A stretch of DNA of 64,000 bases from Candidatus Borrarchaeum weybense. GTDB taxonomy: Archaea > Asgardarchaeota > Sifarchaeia > Borrarchaeales > Borrarchaeaceae. The stretch lies in NCBI GenBank assembly GCA_019057385.1, contig JAHQJS010000005.1, positions 320,799 through 384,798 of the forward strand, written 5' to 3'. The notes under the pieces were generated by a model. It was not told the DNA's origin. It did no database searches and was given only the letters and a program-made list of their open reading frames with translations. Positions within the stretch are counted from its first letter, which is position 1. Each line of letters opens with the position of its first letter. Below, piece by piece: positions 1 to 10,464 of this stretch. A program made the position numbers and the translations under genes.

Positions 1-2
1 TT

Positions 3-137
3 TTCTTTGGTGGAGGAATATTTGACCGGAGTGATAAGTTCGCGCTTAAGATTTATGGAGATGGAGATATTGACAGACGCTTAGTTGTAGGGGCTGTTGT
101 GGCAATCGACAATATGTTTCATGATGAGACAGACTAA
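3..137 (+). CDS. 3' end of a gene cut by the window edge, possibly LURP-one/scramblase-like
   Basis: Frame 3 reads FFGGGIFDRSDKFALKIYGDGDIDRRLVVGAVVAIDNMFHDETD*; the C-terminal hydrophobic helix ending AID resembles LURP-one-related proteins. Confidence 0.45.
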   Translation, partial: FFGGGIFDRSDKFALKIYGDGDIDRRLVVGAVVAIDNMFHDETD

Positions 138-314
138 GACAAGGCTTGAGATCTACTTTTTTTAACTTTTTTTCGAGATTTTTTCCTCTTCCACTACTTT
201 TTAATGTTATCAGATAGAACATTTCTGTAAATTGATATTGCTCATTATCATCATTTCACATGAAATATACAATATTTGCTACTGAACAAACTTAGCGATT
301 AGGAGGAATTATGA

Positions 315-1277
315 TTGAGAACTATAGGAGTGGCTACTTGTGGCGGGGACGCTCCAGGTATGAATGCCGCTATTCGAGCTATTACCCGCATTGCTTGTAC
401 TAAAAATCTGAAGGTTTTAGGTTTCGAGAATGGATGGAATGGTCTAATAACAAACGCATTCAGGCATCTACTTCCTCACTCAGTTATGGGAATTTTACAT
501 ACAGGCGGTACAATCCTTCGAACGTCTCGCTCACTGGAATTTCGAACAGAAGAGGGAATTAAAAAAGCCGCTGAAACCTTGGCGAACAATAATGTTGATG
601 GACTTGTGGTCATCGGTGGCAATGGCTCCTTTAATGGAGCATTGGCATTAAGCAAAGAAACTGATACAAAAATCATAGGAATACCTGCAACAATTGACAA
701 TGATGTTTTTGGAACCAATGAGACTATCGGTTTCGATACTGCTGTAGATACTGCCGTTGTTGCGGTAGATAAAATTCGGGATACAATGGTTTCATTTAAG
801 CGCGTATTTGTTATAGAAGTAATGGGGCGAGAAAGAGGTTTCATTGCAGCAACGGTAGGACTCGCGGTTGGGGCCGAAATAGTCTTAGTTCCTGAAATTC
901 AATTTGATAAGAACCAAGTTTTTAAAAGTATTAAAGAAAAGCGTGCTAAAGGAAAAAGGTCTGGTATAATCGTGGCTGCCGAGGGAATAGGCGACTGTCA
1001 AAAACTTGCACAAGAAATAGAGGAAAATACTGGAGCAGAGACACGAAGAAGTGTATTAGGTTATATTCAACGAGGAGGCAATCCTTCTGCGAGAAGTAGG
1101 CTTCTAGCAAGTCTATTTGCGAATAAGGCGATTGAATTATTACTAAATGAACAAGGAAACAGAGTTGTTGGGCTACAAGATGGCACTATAACAAGCATAG
1201 ACCTTGAAACGTCATGTAAAACGGAAAAGCCTTTAGAATTAGACTTGGTTAATTTGGCAAGCATACTTACTAGGTGA
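315..1277 (+). CDS. pfkA: ATP-dependent 6-phosphofructokinase (bacterial PfkA type)
   Basis: GGDAPGMNAAIRA, GGTIL, IGGNGS, PATIDND, EVMGR and LGYIQRGG motifs; AGGAGG before the TTG start. Confidence 0.95.
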   Translation: MRTIGVATCGGDAPGMNAAIRAITRIACTKNLKVLGFENGWNGLITNAFRHLLPHSVMGILHTGGTILRTSRSLEFRTEEGIKKAAETLANNNVDGLVVIGGNGSFNGALALSKETDTKIIGIPATIDNDVFGTNETIGFDTAVDTAVVAVDKIRDTMVSFKRVFVIEVMGRERGFIAATVGLAVGAEIVLVPEIQFDKNQVFKSIKEKRAKGKRSGIIVAAEGIGDCQKLAQEIEENTGAETRRSVLGYIQRGGNPSARSRLLASLFANKAIELLLNEQGNRVVGLQDGTITSIDLETSCKTEKPLELDLVNLASILTR

Positions 1278-1365
1278 ATTTCTTAAATACATTGAATCTT
1301 ATTGTCAGAAAAAACGTATGAAAAATGTTCTATGATATTTTCAGAAATCCGATTGTGGTGATAAA

Positions 1366-2193
1366 ATGCCTAGAATAGCAATCATTGGAGGCTCTGGCTT
1401 ATATGAGCTTTTACAAAATCCAACGCATACTTTTGTAGACACACCTTTTGGAAAGACTCCTCGAATTGAAATCGGCAAAATAAATGATTTTGAGGTCGCA
1501 TTTCTTCCTAGACATTCACGACCAGGGAGTGAAACGGTTTCGCATGCAATTCCTCCACATAAGGTAAATTACCGCGCAAATATCTACGGTTTGATGCAAC
1601 TCGGCGTGGAAAGAATTCTCGTATCAAATGCCGTTGGAACTCTTGACCCAAATCTCCCTCCAGGGAATATGTGTGTCGTTGACCAGTTTTTAGACATGAC
1701 AAAAGAGGAACCTTACACGTTTTATGATGGTGATACAACAATTGAACTCAAGGATGGCCGAAAAGTTTCGGGCACAGTTCATATCGATGTGAGTCAGCCT
1801 TTTTGCCCTGAATTACGAAGTGTACTCTTAGAGAGTGCTAGCAAAACTGGAGTTCCCGTAAGAGACGGAGGTGTCTATGTAAGAACTTCTGGTCCTCGCT
1901 TCGAGACTCCCGCAGAAATCAATGCTTTTCGCATCTTAGGTGCGACAGTTGTTGGTATGACTGCGGCACCTGAAGCTGTTTTAGCGCGTGAACTTGAACT
2001 GTGCTATGCAAGTATTTCCATGAGTACAAATTTCGCAGCTGGGATGCAGCAAAAAATTTCACATGAAGAAGTAGGTGTGATCTTCGGACAGAACATTGAA
2101 AATGTGAAAAAAATTCTAAGAGAAGCTGTGCATCTAATTCCAAAGGAAAAATCGTGCCCTTGTCCCTTGGCGCTAGCAGGTGCAACTGCGTAA
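1366..2193 (+). CDS. mtnP: 5'-methylthioadenosine/purine nucleoside phosphorylase (MTAP family)
   Basis: IIGGSG, FLPRH, PPHKVNYRAN, GPRFETPAE and VGMT motifs. Confidence 0.9.
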   Translation: MPRIAIIGGSGLYELLQNPTHTFVDTPFGKTPRIEIGKINDFEVAFLPRHSRPGSETVSHAIPPHKVNYRANIYGLMQLGVERILVSNAVGTLDPNLPPGNMCVVDQFLDMTKEEPYTFYDGDTTIELKDGRKVSGTVHIDVSQPFCPELRSVLLESASKTGVPVRDGGVYVRTSGPRFETPAEINAFRILGATVVGMTAAPEAVLARELELCYASISMSTNFAAGMQQKISHEEVGVIFGQNIENVKKILREAVHLIPKEKSCPCPLALAGATA

Positions 2194-2435
2194 GATCTCT
2201 TTATTTTTTCCTTTTAATCCCAGGAAAACTGTTTGACAATTTTTTTTTAAGACATACACTAATCATCTCGGCATGCCAATATCGTCGGAAGAGTAAAAGT
2301 GAAGTAAACCAGAAGGAGTCCTTTTAATACGTTATGTCGGCGAAATATGATTGTGTTTTGAACACGATTCTTTTAAATTAAATTGAGAATATATTATTGC
2401 ACATCTGATAGAACAGTTTATCATACTTTCAGGAA

Positions 2436-3179
2436 ATGAAAACTATGAAGTTAAGACCCCGACTTACTGCATACAAATTGCATATCTCCGATTTATATGC
2501 TGGTTCGTATGTTCGAAAAGAAACAGGATCCTTCTTAGATACCTCGATTGGTCCTGTCACAAGAGTGAGGCTTTTATGTACAATAGTGCAGAGATATGAC
2601 AATGTAGAAAAAAAATACACTTCATTCACGCTAGATGATGCAACTGATACTATTAGACTAAAAGCCTGGCGGGAAGACATTGAAGCACTTGCTGATTATA
2701 AGGTTGGGGATATTGTAGACGTTATTGGAAAAATACGTCAACAAGAAGATGGAGAATTATTCATAATTCCTGAAAACGTCATTAAGGTAGAAGATGTTAA
2801 TGTTGAGCTGCTACGTCAGCTAGAAATTATTGAGTTACACAACCTGATGGGTGGTAAAACCGTAACTAAAACACAACCTGAGAAAGAACCAAAAAAAGAA
2901 CCAAAAAAAGAACCAAAAAAAGAACCAAAAAAAGAACCAAAAAAAACTGAACATACTGAAGAAATTGAAAAGCAGCTTCCACAAGAAAGTGAAGTCGACA
3001 CAAGACAAGAAGTAATGAACCTTATAAGAACATTGGACGCAGGGAAAGGTGCATCTTATAAAGAAATCGTAGAAAATTCTTCAGAAGACGATGAGGATGC
3101 TGTAGAAACAATTATCTTAGATTTATTAAACGAAGGAGTCATATATGAACCAGAACCAGGTCGTTATAAAGAATTATAA
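2436..3179 (+). CDS. Replication protein A small subunit (RPA32-like; OB fold plus C-terminal winged helix)
   Basis: OB-fold signature FTLDDATDTIRLKAW and VDVIGKIR; C-terminal LLNEGVIYEPEPGRY; (KKEP)n linker. Confidence 0.8.
   Translation: MKTMKLRPRLTAYKLHISDLYAGSYVRKETGSFLDTSIGPVTRVRLLCTIVQRYDNVEKKYTSFTLDDATDTIRLKAWREDIEALADYKVGDIVDVIGKIRQQEDGELFIIPENVIKVEDVNVELLRQLEIIELHNLMGGKTVTKTQPEKEPKKEPKKEPKKEPKKEPKKTEHTEEIEKQLPQESEVDTRQEVMNLIRTLDAGKGASYKEIVENSSEDDEDAVETIILDLLNEGVIYEPEPGRYKEL
2883..2946 (+). repeat. 12-bp tandem repeat (AAAGAACCAAAA) x5 encoding the KEPK linker
   Basis: Directly visible and in frame within the RPA32-like gene. Confidence 0.9.
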
Positions 3180-3195
3180 AACGAGGTGATAAATT

Positions 3196-3618
3196 ATGGA
3201 TGCTGATTTCTTTGATTATGGTGAACTGCTGAAAAAAGCAAAAGAACAAGTCCCCCCAGACATTTACCATCATAAACGATTCGAAATACCTAATGTAGAC
3301 CTTTTCATAGAAGGTAACAGGACTGTGGTACAGAATTGGAAAGATATTACTAGCAAATTAAATAGAGACCCCGCACATATTTTGAAATTCTTGACTAGAG
3401 AATTAGCGACTGCAGGCACCATGGATGGACCACGAGCTATATTTCAAGGAAAATTTTCAAAGAACTTCCTTAACGGGTTAATAGAACGCTACGCCAAACG
3501 CTATCTCATTTGTCCAGCATGCGCATCTCCCGATACTGTCCTAGTGAAAGAAGGAACGTTTCATTTTCTTAAATGTGAGGCATGCGGTGCAAAAGAAGCA
3601 GTTACAAAACTGAAATAA
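3196..3618 (+). CDS. eif2b: Translation initiation factor aIF2 beta subunit
   Basis: RFEIP, LNRDP.H..KFL.RELAT.G, and CPACxSPDT/CEACGA zinc ribbon. Confidence 0.95.
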   Translation: MDADFFDYGELLKKAKEQVPPDIYHHKRFEIPNVDLFIEGNRTVVQNWKDITSKLNRDPAHILKFLTRELATAGTMDGPRAIFQGKFSKNFLNGLIERYAKRYLICPACASPDTVLVKEGTFHFLKCEACGAKEAVTKLK

Positions 3619-3660
3619 GAATGAAGATCAAAGCATAAGATATTCCTTGGTGGAATTCCA

Positions 3661-3960
3661 ATGACAAAAGTATATTTTCGAGTCTTTAAAACAGAAAAGG
3701 ATATTATGGTAGCAGTGTGCGATGCTGATATACTCGGAAAAAAATTCTCTGATGGTAAAAGTAAACTGAATATCGAAGAGAATTTCTATAAAGGAACCTT
3801 GGGTACATTAGAAGACGGTATTCAAGCCATGAATGGTGCTACCATCATAAATGTCCTTGGGGAAAACATCATCTCAAAAATGATCGATGATGGCATAATC
3901 AGTGAACATAGTGTGATTTGTATTTGTGGCGTTCCTCACGCGCAAATAATTTGCATGTAG
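3661..3960 (+). CDS. DUF424 family protein
   Basis: VAVCDADILGKKF, FYKG, ATIINVLG and GVPHAQ; usual neighbour of aIF2-beta and NMD3. Confidence 0.85.
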   Translation: MTKVYFRVFKTEKDIMVAVCDADILGKKFSDGKSKLNIEENFYKGTLGTLEDGIQAMNGATIINVLGENIISKMIDDGIISEHSVICICGVPHAQIICM

Positions 3961-4037
3961 TCATCATGTAAATCTATGCTGTTCTCCCTTTTCATTTATC
4001 TTATGCTGTCGTAAAAATTTAAAAAGGGGCGACTTTT

Positions 4038-5141
4038 ATACCTTCACCTACACGTTTTTGTATCAAATGCGGAAAATTAGAGCCTGAAGTGTCTCTCATT
4101 GGCACTCTTTGTCCTAAATGTTATAAAGAGGAAATACCGGCTATCACTTTCAAAAAACCCATGTCTGTTCTTATATGTCCTCATTGCATGGCGACTAAAA
4201 GTGGTAACAGATGGCATTACCCTTCTTCTGACAATCTAACTCAATTTATTGAATCTTTTGTCATAAAAAAGGTGAAAGAAAGTATAAATCTACAAAACTC
4301 CGATGAACTCATTTCAATTGAACCCGAGTTTTCGTTGGATGAGGCTCCAAAAGAAATAGACGTAACAGTTACTATCAAACGTAGCCAAATTGCAACAGAA
4401 CCCTACAGTGAGATAAGCAAAATCTCAATTCCTTTTGAATATCAACTTTGTCCAAGATGTTCCCGAGTTAAAAGCGGGTCTTACGAAGCCATACTTCAGG
4501 TACGCGGAGCGAAAGGAACTCTTTCTCCAGAAGAACGTGAAAAAATTCTATCGTTGATTGAAAATACTATCACAAATCGATTTAAAGAACCTCCTCAATC
4601 TATTGTATCAAAGATTGTTCAAAAAAATGAAGGCATGGATTTGTACTTCGTTTCGTCTAATTCAGCTATTACACTTGCCTCTACCATTCGAGATTCAGTT
4701 GCGGCATTAATGAAAACAACCTCAAAACTCGTCGGATTAGATAAATCCACAAATAAAAGACGATATCGGGTTTATATATCTATTAGAATCCCTCATTTTC
4801 AAGTTGGAGATTTTATTAAACTGGATGATTCCTTTTATGAGATTCATGCTATTGGAGGAGGTAAAATTTCACTTCATGACCTCAAAACCAAAACACATCG
4901 CTCCCTTTTAGCAAAAAACCTATGGACACACATTTCTAATCGACAATTAGAGGTTCTTCCAAAAGAAGAGTATTTGCATTCATATCTCGTAATCGCTGAA
5001 ACCCCTGATTCTCTCCAAATCATGAATATGAAAACCTATGAGACTTATGAAGTCCAAAAAGGAATTAACAAAAGCATTGTAAGTGGAGATACAATTCAAG
5101 GTTTTCAGGTAAATGATAACGTCTTTCTTTTAGAGAATTAA
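4038..5141 (+). CDS. nmd3: NMD3 family ribosome biogenesis protein (probable non-canonical start upstream of GTG 4089)
   Basis: FCIKCG...LCPKC, CPHC, CPRC and GSYEAILQVRG; the first CxxC lies upstream of the first canonical start. Confidence 0.85.
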   Translation: MPSPTRFCIKCGKLEPEVSLIGTLCPKCYKEEIPAITFKKPMSVLICPHCMATKSGNRWHYPSSDNLTQFIESFVIKKVKESINLQNSDELISIEPEFSLDEAPKEIDVTVTIKRSQIATEPYSEISKISIPFEYQLCPRCSRVKSGSYEAILQVRGAKGTLSPEEREKILSLIENTITNRFKEPPQSIVSKIVQKNEGMDLYFVSSNSAITLASTIRDSVAALMKTTSKLVGLDKSTNKRRYRVYISIRIPHFQVGDFIKLDDSFYEIHAIGGGKISLHDLKTKTHRSLLAKNLWTHISNRQLEVLPKEEYLHSYLVIAETPDSLQIMNMKTYETYEVQKGINKSIVSGDTIQGFQVNDNVFLLEN

Positions 5142-5518
5142 GAACTTACAGTTTGCTTAAGAATCTAATTTATGTTTCTCTCAATTGATGTCTTCATTTT
5201 GCAGTGCTAGACAACGCTTCATTCAATTTACATAGATTTCACAGAGCATACGATTTTCTACGAATGTGCGAATAAAGGATGCATAGAAAACAAACTTTTT
5301 GAACTCAGAAGATAAAAATTAATGCCGAAAGATTAGGATCACGGTAAAATTTGTGTTTTTATCATCACACAAAAGTGGTTTTTCTCGCGCGGTAATTATA
5401 TAAAACTTAACTGATGAAATTGTCATAATTCATTATTTCATTGCAGTTTATCAATCTGAATAGATCAACTCACTGAGATAACATGTAATCACAAAAATGT
5501 TGTTTGTGGAGGAATTGT

Positions 5519-5869
<351 letters not shown>

Positions 5870-5887
5870 TTATAGGTGGGTGGAATT

Positions 5888-6673
5888 GTGCCAGAGCGCG
5901 TCGCCCACGATGAAGTTGATCGTTTAGAAAAGGACAAGATTGATAAACGGAGGATCAAAGATAAAGATTCTGATGACTTAAAGGTTGTTGAATCTGTATT
6001 TGATAAAGCGACTGTTCTTACTCTTGATAAACTAATTCGGAAGGGCGTCCTTAAGCGATTTGTGGGAATAGTCTCGACAGGAAAAGAAGCTAACGTTTAT
6101 TATGTGAAGGGCCCAGAGGACTCAGATCTTGCCGTCAAGATTTTTCGGACTCATTCTGAATTCAGAAAATATGCCATGCCATATATTGTAGGCGATCATC
6201 GTTTTAAATTGAAACGAAAGGATGCTCGATCTATTACCTTCGTCTGGACTTTAAAAGAGTTTAAGAATTTAAAACTCGCAGAATCATGTGGTGTTAGAGT
6301 GCCTTCCCCCATTGAAGTCAGAAACAACGTCCTGGTAATGGAATTTATCGGTATTGATGGAATACCTGCACCCCGAATGAAAGATATTCCACCAGAAAAC
6401 CCTGAAGAAATATTTTATCTAATACTTGAAGATATTTCCCGCTTATATCATAAGGCAAAACTGGTTCATGCAGATTTAAGCGAATATAATATCCTGATGC
6501 ACCAAAATGAGCCTGTTTTGATTGATATCTCCCAAGGTGTTCTTCTTCACCATCCTCATGCAAAGGATTTCCTCTATCGAGATATCAACACAATTGTTAC
6601 CTTCTTCAATAAACTAGATGTTTCAACACCTCTCCCAAAGGAGATTTTTGATGAAATTATTAAAGAAAAATGA
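5888..6673 (+). CDS. rio1: RIO1 serine/threonine kinase
   Basis: STGKEANVY, AVKIFR, LVHADLSEYNIL and IDISQ. Confidence 0.95.
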   Translation: MPERVAHDEVDRLEKDKIDKRRIKDKDSDDLKVVESVFDKATVLTLDKLIRKGVLKRFVGIVSTGKEANVYYVKGPEDSDLAVKIFRTHSEFRKYAMPYIVGDHRFKLKRKDARSITFVWTLKEFKNLKLAESCGVRVPSPIEVRNNVLVMEFIGIDGIPAPRMKDIPPENPEEIFYLILEDISRLYHKAKLVHADLSEYNILMHQNEPVLIDISQGVLLHHPHAKDFLYRDINTIVTFFNKLDVSTPLPKEIFDEIIKEK

Positions 6674-6686
6674 AGTTACTCTTTAG

Positions 6687-7277
6687 GTGATCGAAATGGC
6701 TATCTATGGGACTATGCGGACAAAAATACCACGCGAAAGAATTGCTGTTTGCATTGGAACGAATGGTGAAACAAAAAAACATGTAGAAGATGTTACTCAC
6801 ACGAAAATCACAATCGATAGTGAAGATGGAGCCGTCCTTGTTGAATCTACTCCGCAAACAGAGGATCCACTTGCTGTATGGTGTGCTCGAGATATTGTCC
6901 TTGCAATTGGGCGTGGCTTTTCTCCTAAACGTGCTTTTAAACTCTTTGATGAGGAGACGATCCTAGAAATTATCTTTTTAGACCAATCGGCCAATACACT
7001 AAAAGCACTTAAACGTATCCGAGGACGCCTTATTGGCGAACGTGGCAAAACACGAAGAATTATAGAAGAATTTACTGGGACATCTCTCAGTATCTACGGT
7101 CATTCAGTAAGTATCATCGGTACTCTTGAGCGAGTCAAAATCGCTAAAGATGCTGTTCAAATGCTCCTTAAAGGAATGCCTCATAAATCGGTGTATTCCT
7201 TCTTAGACCGTAAACAAAGGGAATTGAAAAAGGCGGAACTGTCTCTTTGGAAACCTGCATCTGATTTTAACCTCTAA
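6687..7277 (+). CDS. KH-domain rRNA-processing protein (Dim2/Pno1/KRR1 family)
   Basis: IGTNGETK, AIGRGFSP and RGRLIGERGKTRRIIE; follows aIF1A-RIO1 as is common in archaea. Confidence 0.9.
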   Translation: MIEMAIYGTMRTKIPRERIAVCIGTNGETKKHVEDVTHTKITIDSEDGAVLVESTPQTEDPLAVWCARDIVLAIGRGFSPKRAFKLFDEETILEIIFLDQSANTLKALKRIRGRLIGERGKTRRIIEEFTGTSLSIYGHSVSIIGTLERVKIAKDAVQMLLKGMPHKSVYSFLDRKQRELKKAELSLWKPASDFNL

Positions 7278-7279
7278 AA

Positions 7280-8245
7280 TCAACCGAACATCTCTTGTAG
7301 CCAGCGAATGTACATTCTAATCCCGTCTTCTAATTTCACTTCTGATTTCCAGCCTAATGTTTCTAGTTTCGTGATGTCCAATAGCATCTTATGTACATCT
7401 CCTTTCCATCCTTTTTGACCACCAGTATAGGAAAATTGCACATCGTCTAACTTAAGTTCGTTGGCAATAATATCTGCTATCTTTTTCACTTCAATTTGAT
7501 TACTGACACCTACATTAAATGCATCATAATTCATTTGACTGTTAAGAATATATTCAGTAATCATCATGCTCGCCGTAATGCAGTCTGAGATATACATATA
7601 GCTTTTATTCTGCTTGCCATCACCAAGAATCTCCAATTCGCTAGGATTTTTCTTTAGCTTCCAGAAAAAATCATGCATGACTCCATGTATCGATCTAGGT
7701 CCATATATATTAGCGTATCTAAGTGAAACACCTTTCATGTTATAACACTCGCTATAGGCTGAGATGTACATCTCGCATGTTGCTTTTGATGCACCATATA
7801 CACTTATTGGCTTCATTATATGACTTTCCGGAGTTGGATAGACCTCAACGTCTCCGTAAATCGTCCCCCCAGATGATGCAAACACTATCAGTCCTACGTC
7901 ATTTAATCTCATTGCTTCAAGAAGGTTCATTGTCCCAATGACATTTATCGAAAAATCTATGTAAGGCTCGTTTACGCTCAATTTGACATCAGGATTTGCT
8001 GCAAAATGAAATACCGCATCTTTGTCAGCACAATTCTCCTGTAACACTTTTTTTCCTCGTATATCTCCTCTTACGAATTTAAAATCTTCGTTATTCATGT
8101 GTCCTTCAATATATTCCATGGTTGAGGCAGAAAGATCATCAACAACCGTAACTTCATTCTCTAATTCTATTAAACGGTCTACTAAATGACTTCCTATAAA
8201 TCCACAGCCGCCTGTTACTAATACTCTCTTATTTTTTAATAACAA
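7280..8245 (-). CDS. NAD-dependent epimerase/dehydratase (GalE-like)
   Basis: VTGGCGFIGSHL, YGASK and LRYANIYGPR. Confidence 0.9.
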   Translation of the reverse strand: MLLKNKRVLVTGGCGFIGSHLVDRLIELENEVTVVDDLSASTMEYIEGHMNNEDFKFVRGDIRGKKVLQENCADKDAVFHFAANPDVKLSVNEPYIDFSINVIGTMNLLEAMRLNDVGLIVFASSGGTIYGDVEVYPTPESHIMKPISVYGASKATCEMYISAYSECYNMKGVSLRYANIYGPRSIHGVMHDFFWKLKKNPSELEILGDGKQNKSYMYISDCITASMMITEYILNSQMNYDAFNVGVSNQIEVKKIADIIANELKLDDVQFSYTGGQKGWKGDVHKMLLDITKLETLGWKSEVKLEDGIRMYIRWLQEMFG

Positions 8246-8367
8246 AAGTATTTCACTTCTTAGGAGTCTATATTACCTTTGAGGGAAAATTCACATAAAA
8301 TTCTTTCGTAATCTGTAGCAACATTCTAAAGTTCGATTGGACTAATAGATTTCGTGCAAAAAGAGTA

Positions 8368-8460
8368 TGGCGCCGCCGGAAGGACTCGAACCTTCGACCA
8401 GCGGGTAACTGCCAAGGGTATGTTAACAGCCCGTCACTCTACCAACTGAGCTACGGCGGC
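8368..8460 (-). tRNA. tRNA-Asn(GTT) with a 17-nt canonical 37/38 intron
   Basis: Reverse complement GCCGCCG...ACGGG-CT-GTT-A[ACATACCCTTGGCAGTT]A-CCCGC...TTCGAGT...CGGCGGC-G-CCA. Confidence 0.92.
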
Positions 8461-8785
8461 ACTTTAACGACGACATTATGTTTTTTCAAGTATTTTATAA
8501 ATCTTCTCATTTTGAGCTAAGAACGCCTCATTTCCTTTCGTTTTTCTGTATATCTACACATCTTACTTCCCATTGCATAACAGATCTCAGTAAATACTCG
8601 CACTTCGGATAATAGGTGTTTTCTTCTGTACATCAGTACTTCTCTTTTTATACCGACTTTCTTATCGGCTTCAAAACATTTAACTCTTAAGCTGACGGGT
8701 ATTAATATTAGAGAACCAAATCTTCAAATCTGTTTTGCAAAGAGCCTCAGAATATTCAACCAGCAGCCTTTAAAGAGGGAATCCA

Positions 8786-9604
8786 ATGATTCAAAACGTA
8801 TGGATCGTAGAAAAAGATCGAGGACGACGTTTGTTTCATAAACGGTACGGCACTATTGATATAGATCCTGATCTCTTTTCTGCTTTCCTTTCTGGTCTTT
8901 ATGGTTTTGTAGAAGTGGAACTTGGCGAAGCAGGAATCGACAGTATATCGATGGGCGATTTGAAGTGGGTTTATATTTACTCTCGTAACCTTTTGTTTAT
9001 TATAGCCGGCGATAAAGAAGATTATGTCCCTCACTTAAAAGCCAAATTAAACGTTATCAAAAACGAGTTCTTCGTAAAATTTCCCATCTTTAATAAAGAT
9101 TGGCAGGAAGCCTTCAAGCATACGGCATTCAAAAGCCTTCAAGAACAGTTTTATCCTATAGTCGATGAATTAGTTGTCGATTGGATTCAGCTCGCAAAAG
9201 TCACAGATGCTGCAAATTATATGGATATATGTGAAGTATGTCAGCATTTTATAGCCATCATTCGTAAAATAATTGCATCATGTGGCGAAGAAAGAAAGAA
9301 AGCCCTCCTAGATATCCTGAAAATGCAAATTTTAGATCTTATAAAGGGAGACAATGAATTGTCGAAGATCATAACCGAAGATGGCTTTATTGACTTCTTG
9401 CGCGTCAATGTTTTTATGATGACAGAAGATGCCGGGGATATCCTAAAAAAAATTTTAATAAGATGTTTTAACACCCTACGGAATGAATTAGGGTTTACGA
9501 ATTTCCAAGCTATGTTCCGCAAAAAACTTATTCCATATCTTAAAACAGATTGGAAGCGCATACGTTCACTTGATCTTGATATGCTCCTTATCTATCTCTT
9601 GTAA
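8786..9604 (+). CDS. Hypothetical protein with an N-terminal longin-like domain
   Basis: VWIV...G..LF...YG..DIDPDLFSAFLSGL..F......IDSI.MG.....Y....LLFII pattern resembles Asgard longin-like domains. Confidence 0.6.
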   Translation: MIQNVWIVEKDRGRRLFHKRYGTIDIDPDLFSAFLSGLYGFVEVELGEAGIDSISMGDLKWVYIYSRNLLFIIAGDKEDYVPHLKAKLNVIKNEFFVKFPIFNKDWQEAFKHTAFKSLQEQFYPIVDELVVDWIQLAKVTDAANYMDICEVCQHFIAIIRKIIASCGEERKKALLDILKMQILDLIKGDNELSKIITEDGFIDFLRVNVFMMTEDAGDILKKILIRCFNTLRNELGFTNFQAMFRKKLIPYLKTDWKRIRSLDLDMLLIYLL

Positions 9605-9780
9605 ACTCTACCTCTACCATCTTTCTCACAAAACGAGTTTTAAGCCTCTGTTCAACATCAAGTTTAGACGCCCTTTGTTGGAAGTTCCCTGGAATCTTTG
9701 GGGTGCAGTTTGCGTCTCATCATCGCCAAGAGAGAAAGGCATTTAAAACCCTATCACCGTTCTCACATCATTAATGGTTT

Positions 9781-9858
9781 GCTCCGGTGGTGTAGTCCGG
9801 CCAAGCATAAGGGGCTTTCGACCCCTTGACTCGGGTTCGAATCCCGGCCGGAGCACCA
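9781..9858 (+). tRNA. tRNA-Glu(TTC), intronless
   Basis: GCTCCGG acceptor, AGGGG-CT-TTC-GA-CCCCT, TTCGAAT and encoded CCA. Confidence 0.95.
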
Positions 9859-9883
9859 TATCACCCCTTAATATATTTGCTGT

Positions 9884-10060
9884 GCGGGGGTTGCCGAGCC
9901 AGGTCAAAGGCGATGGGCTTAGGATCACAACGTTTATGCCTGTTTTAAGACACCCATTGACGTAGGGAATCACTAGACCACCTAGGGTTCGCAGAAGTCT
10001 GCGTGGGTTCGAAAAATCGATGAGAGCACCTCAACTTCGAAATTCCCATCCCCCGCACCA
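9884..10060 (+). tRNA. tRNA-Leu(TAG) with three introns: 9924-9951 (37/38), 9966-9996 (variable arm), 10014-10043 (T loop 59/60)
   Basis: Removing the three inserts gives GCGGGGG...ATGGG-CT-TAG-GA-CCCAT-TGACGTAGGTCT-GCGTGGGTTCGAATCCCAT-CCCCCGC-A-CCA. Confidence 0.9.
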
Positions 10061-10165
10061 CTCTTGGCGTTAGTTATTCCAAAAAGTTTTTATCCAAAAA
10101 ACTTTTACCTTCACTACGAACGTAGAAAATTTCACACTCTATTGTAGATGGCTGGGAGATAGTAT

Positions 10166-10270
10166 GGCCGGGGTGAATGATTCGAGTTTCGAACTCTTTC
10201 ATCCCCCTGGGTAGTGGTATCCTAAGGGATTGTGGCTCCCTCGATCCGGGTTCGATTCCCGGTCCCGGCC
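10166..10270 (+). tRNA. tRNA-His(GTG) with encoded G-1 and a 33-nt intron at 9/10 (10176-10208)
   Basis: Strict BHB (GGGG/CCCC helix, bulges TG|A and CT|G, inner ATGA/TCAT); AGGGA-TT-GTG-GC-TCCCT anticodon arm. Confidence 0.9.
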
Positions 10271-10313
10271 CTCATTTACAGCATTGCATCGGCTGTCTCA
10301 TCGTTCTATCTGT

Positions 10314-10446
10314 GGGCCCGTAGCTCAGTTGGAAGTATTCCGGTGCACTTACGCATCCATTTCAAAAGCGCCTGGTTTGCAGCCAGGAGGCCGCGGGAAG
10401 TTTTCAGACTCCTGGAAACTCGCGATTTCAAATCCCGCCGGGTCCA
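10314..10446 (+). tRNA. tRNA-Ala(TGC) with two introns: 10336-10366 (D arm) and 10398-10426 (53/54)
   Basis: BHB helices TGGA/TTCA and CGCG/CGCG; the spliced product is a standard GGGCCCG...TGC...CGGGTCC-A cloverleaf. Confidence 0.9.
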
Positions 10447-10464
10447 TTCTGTTCTGTGTGGTGA

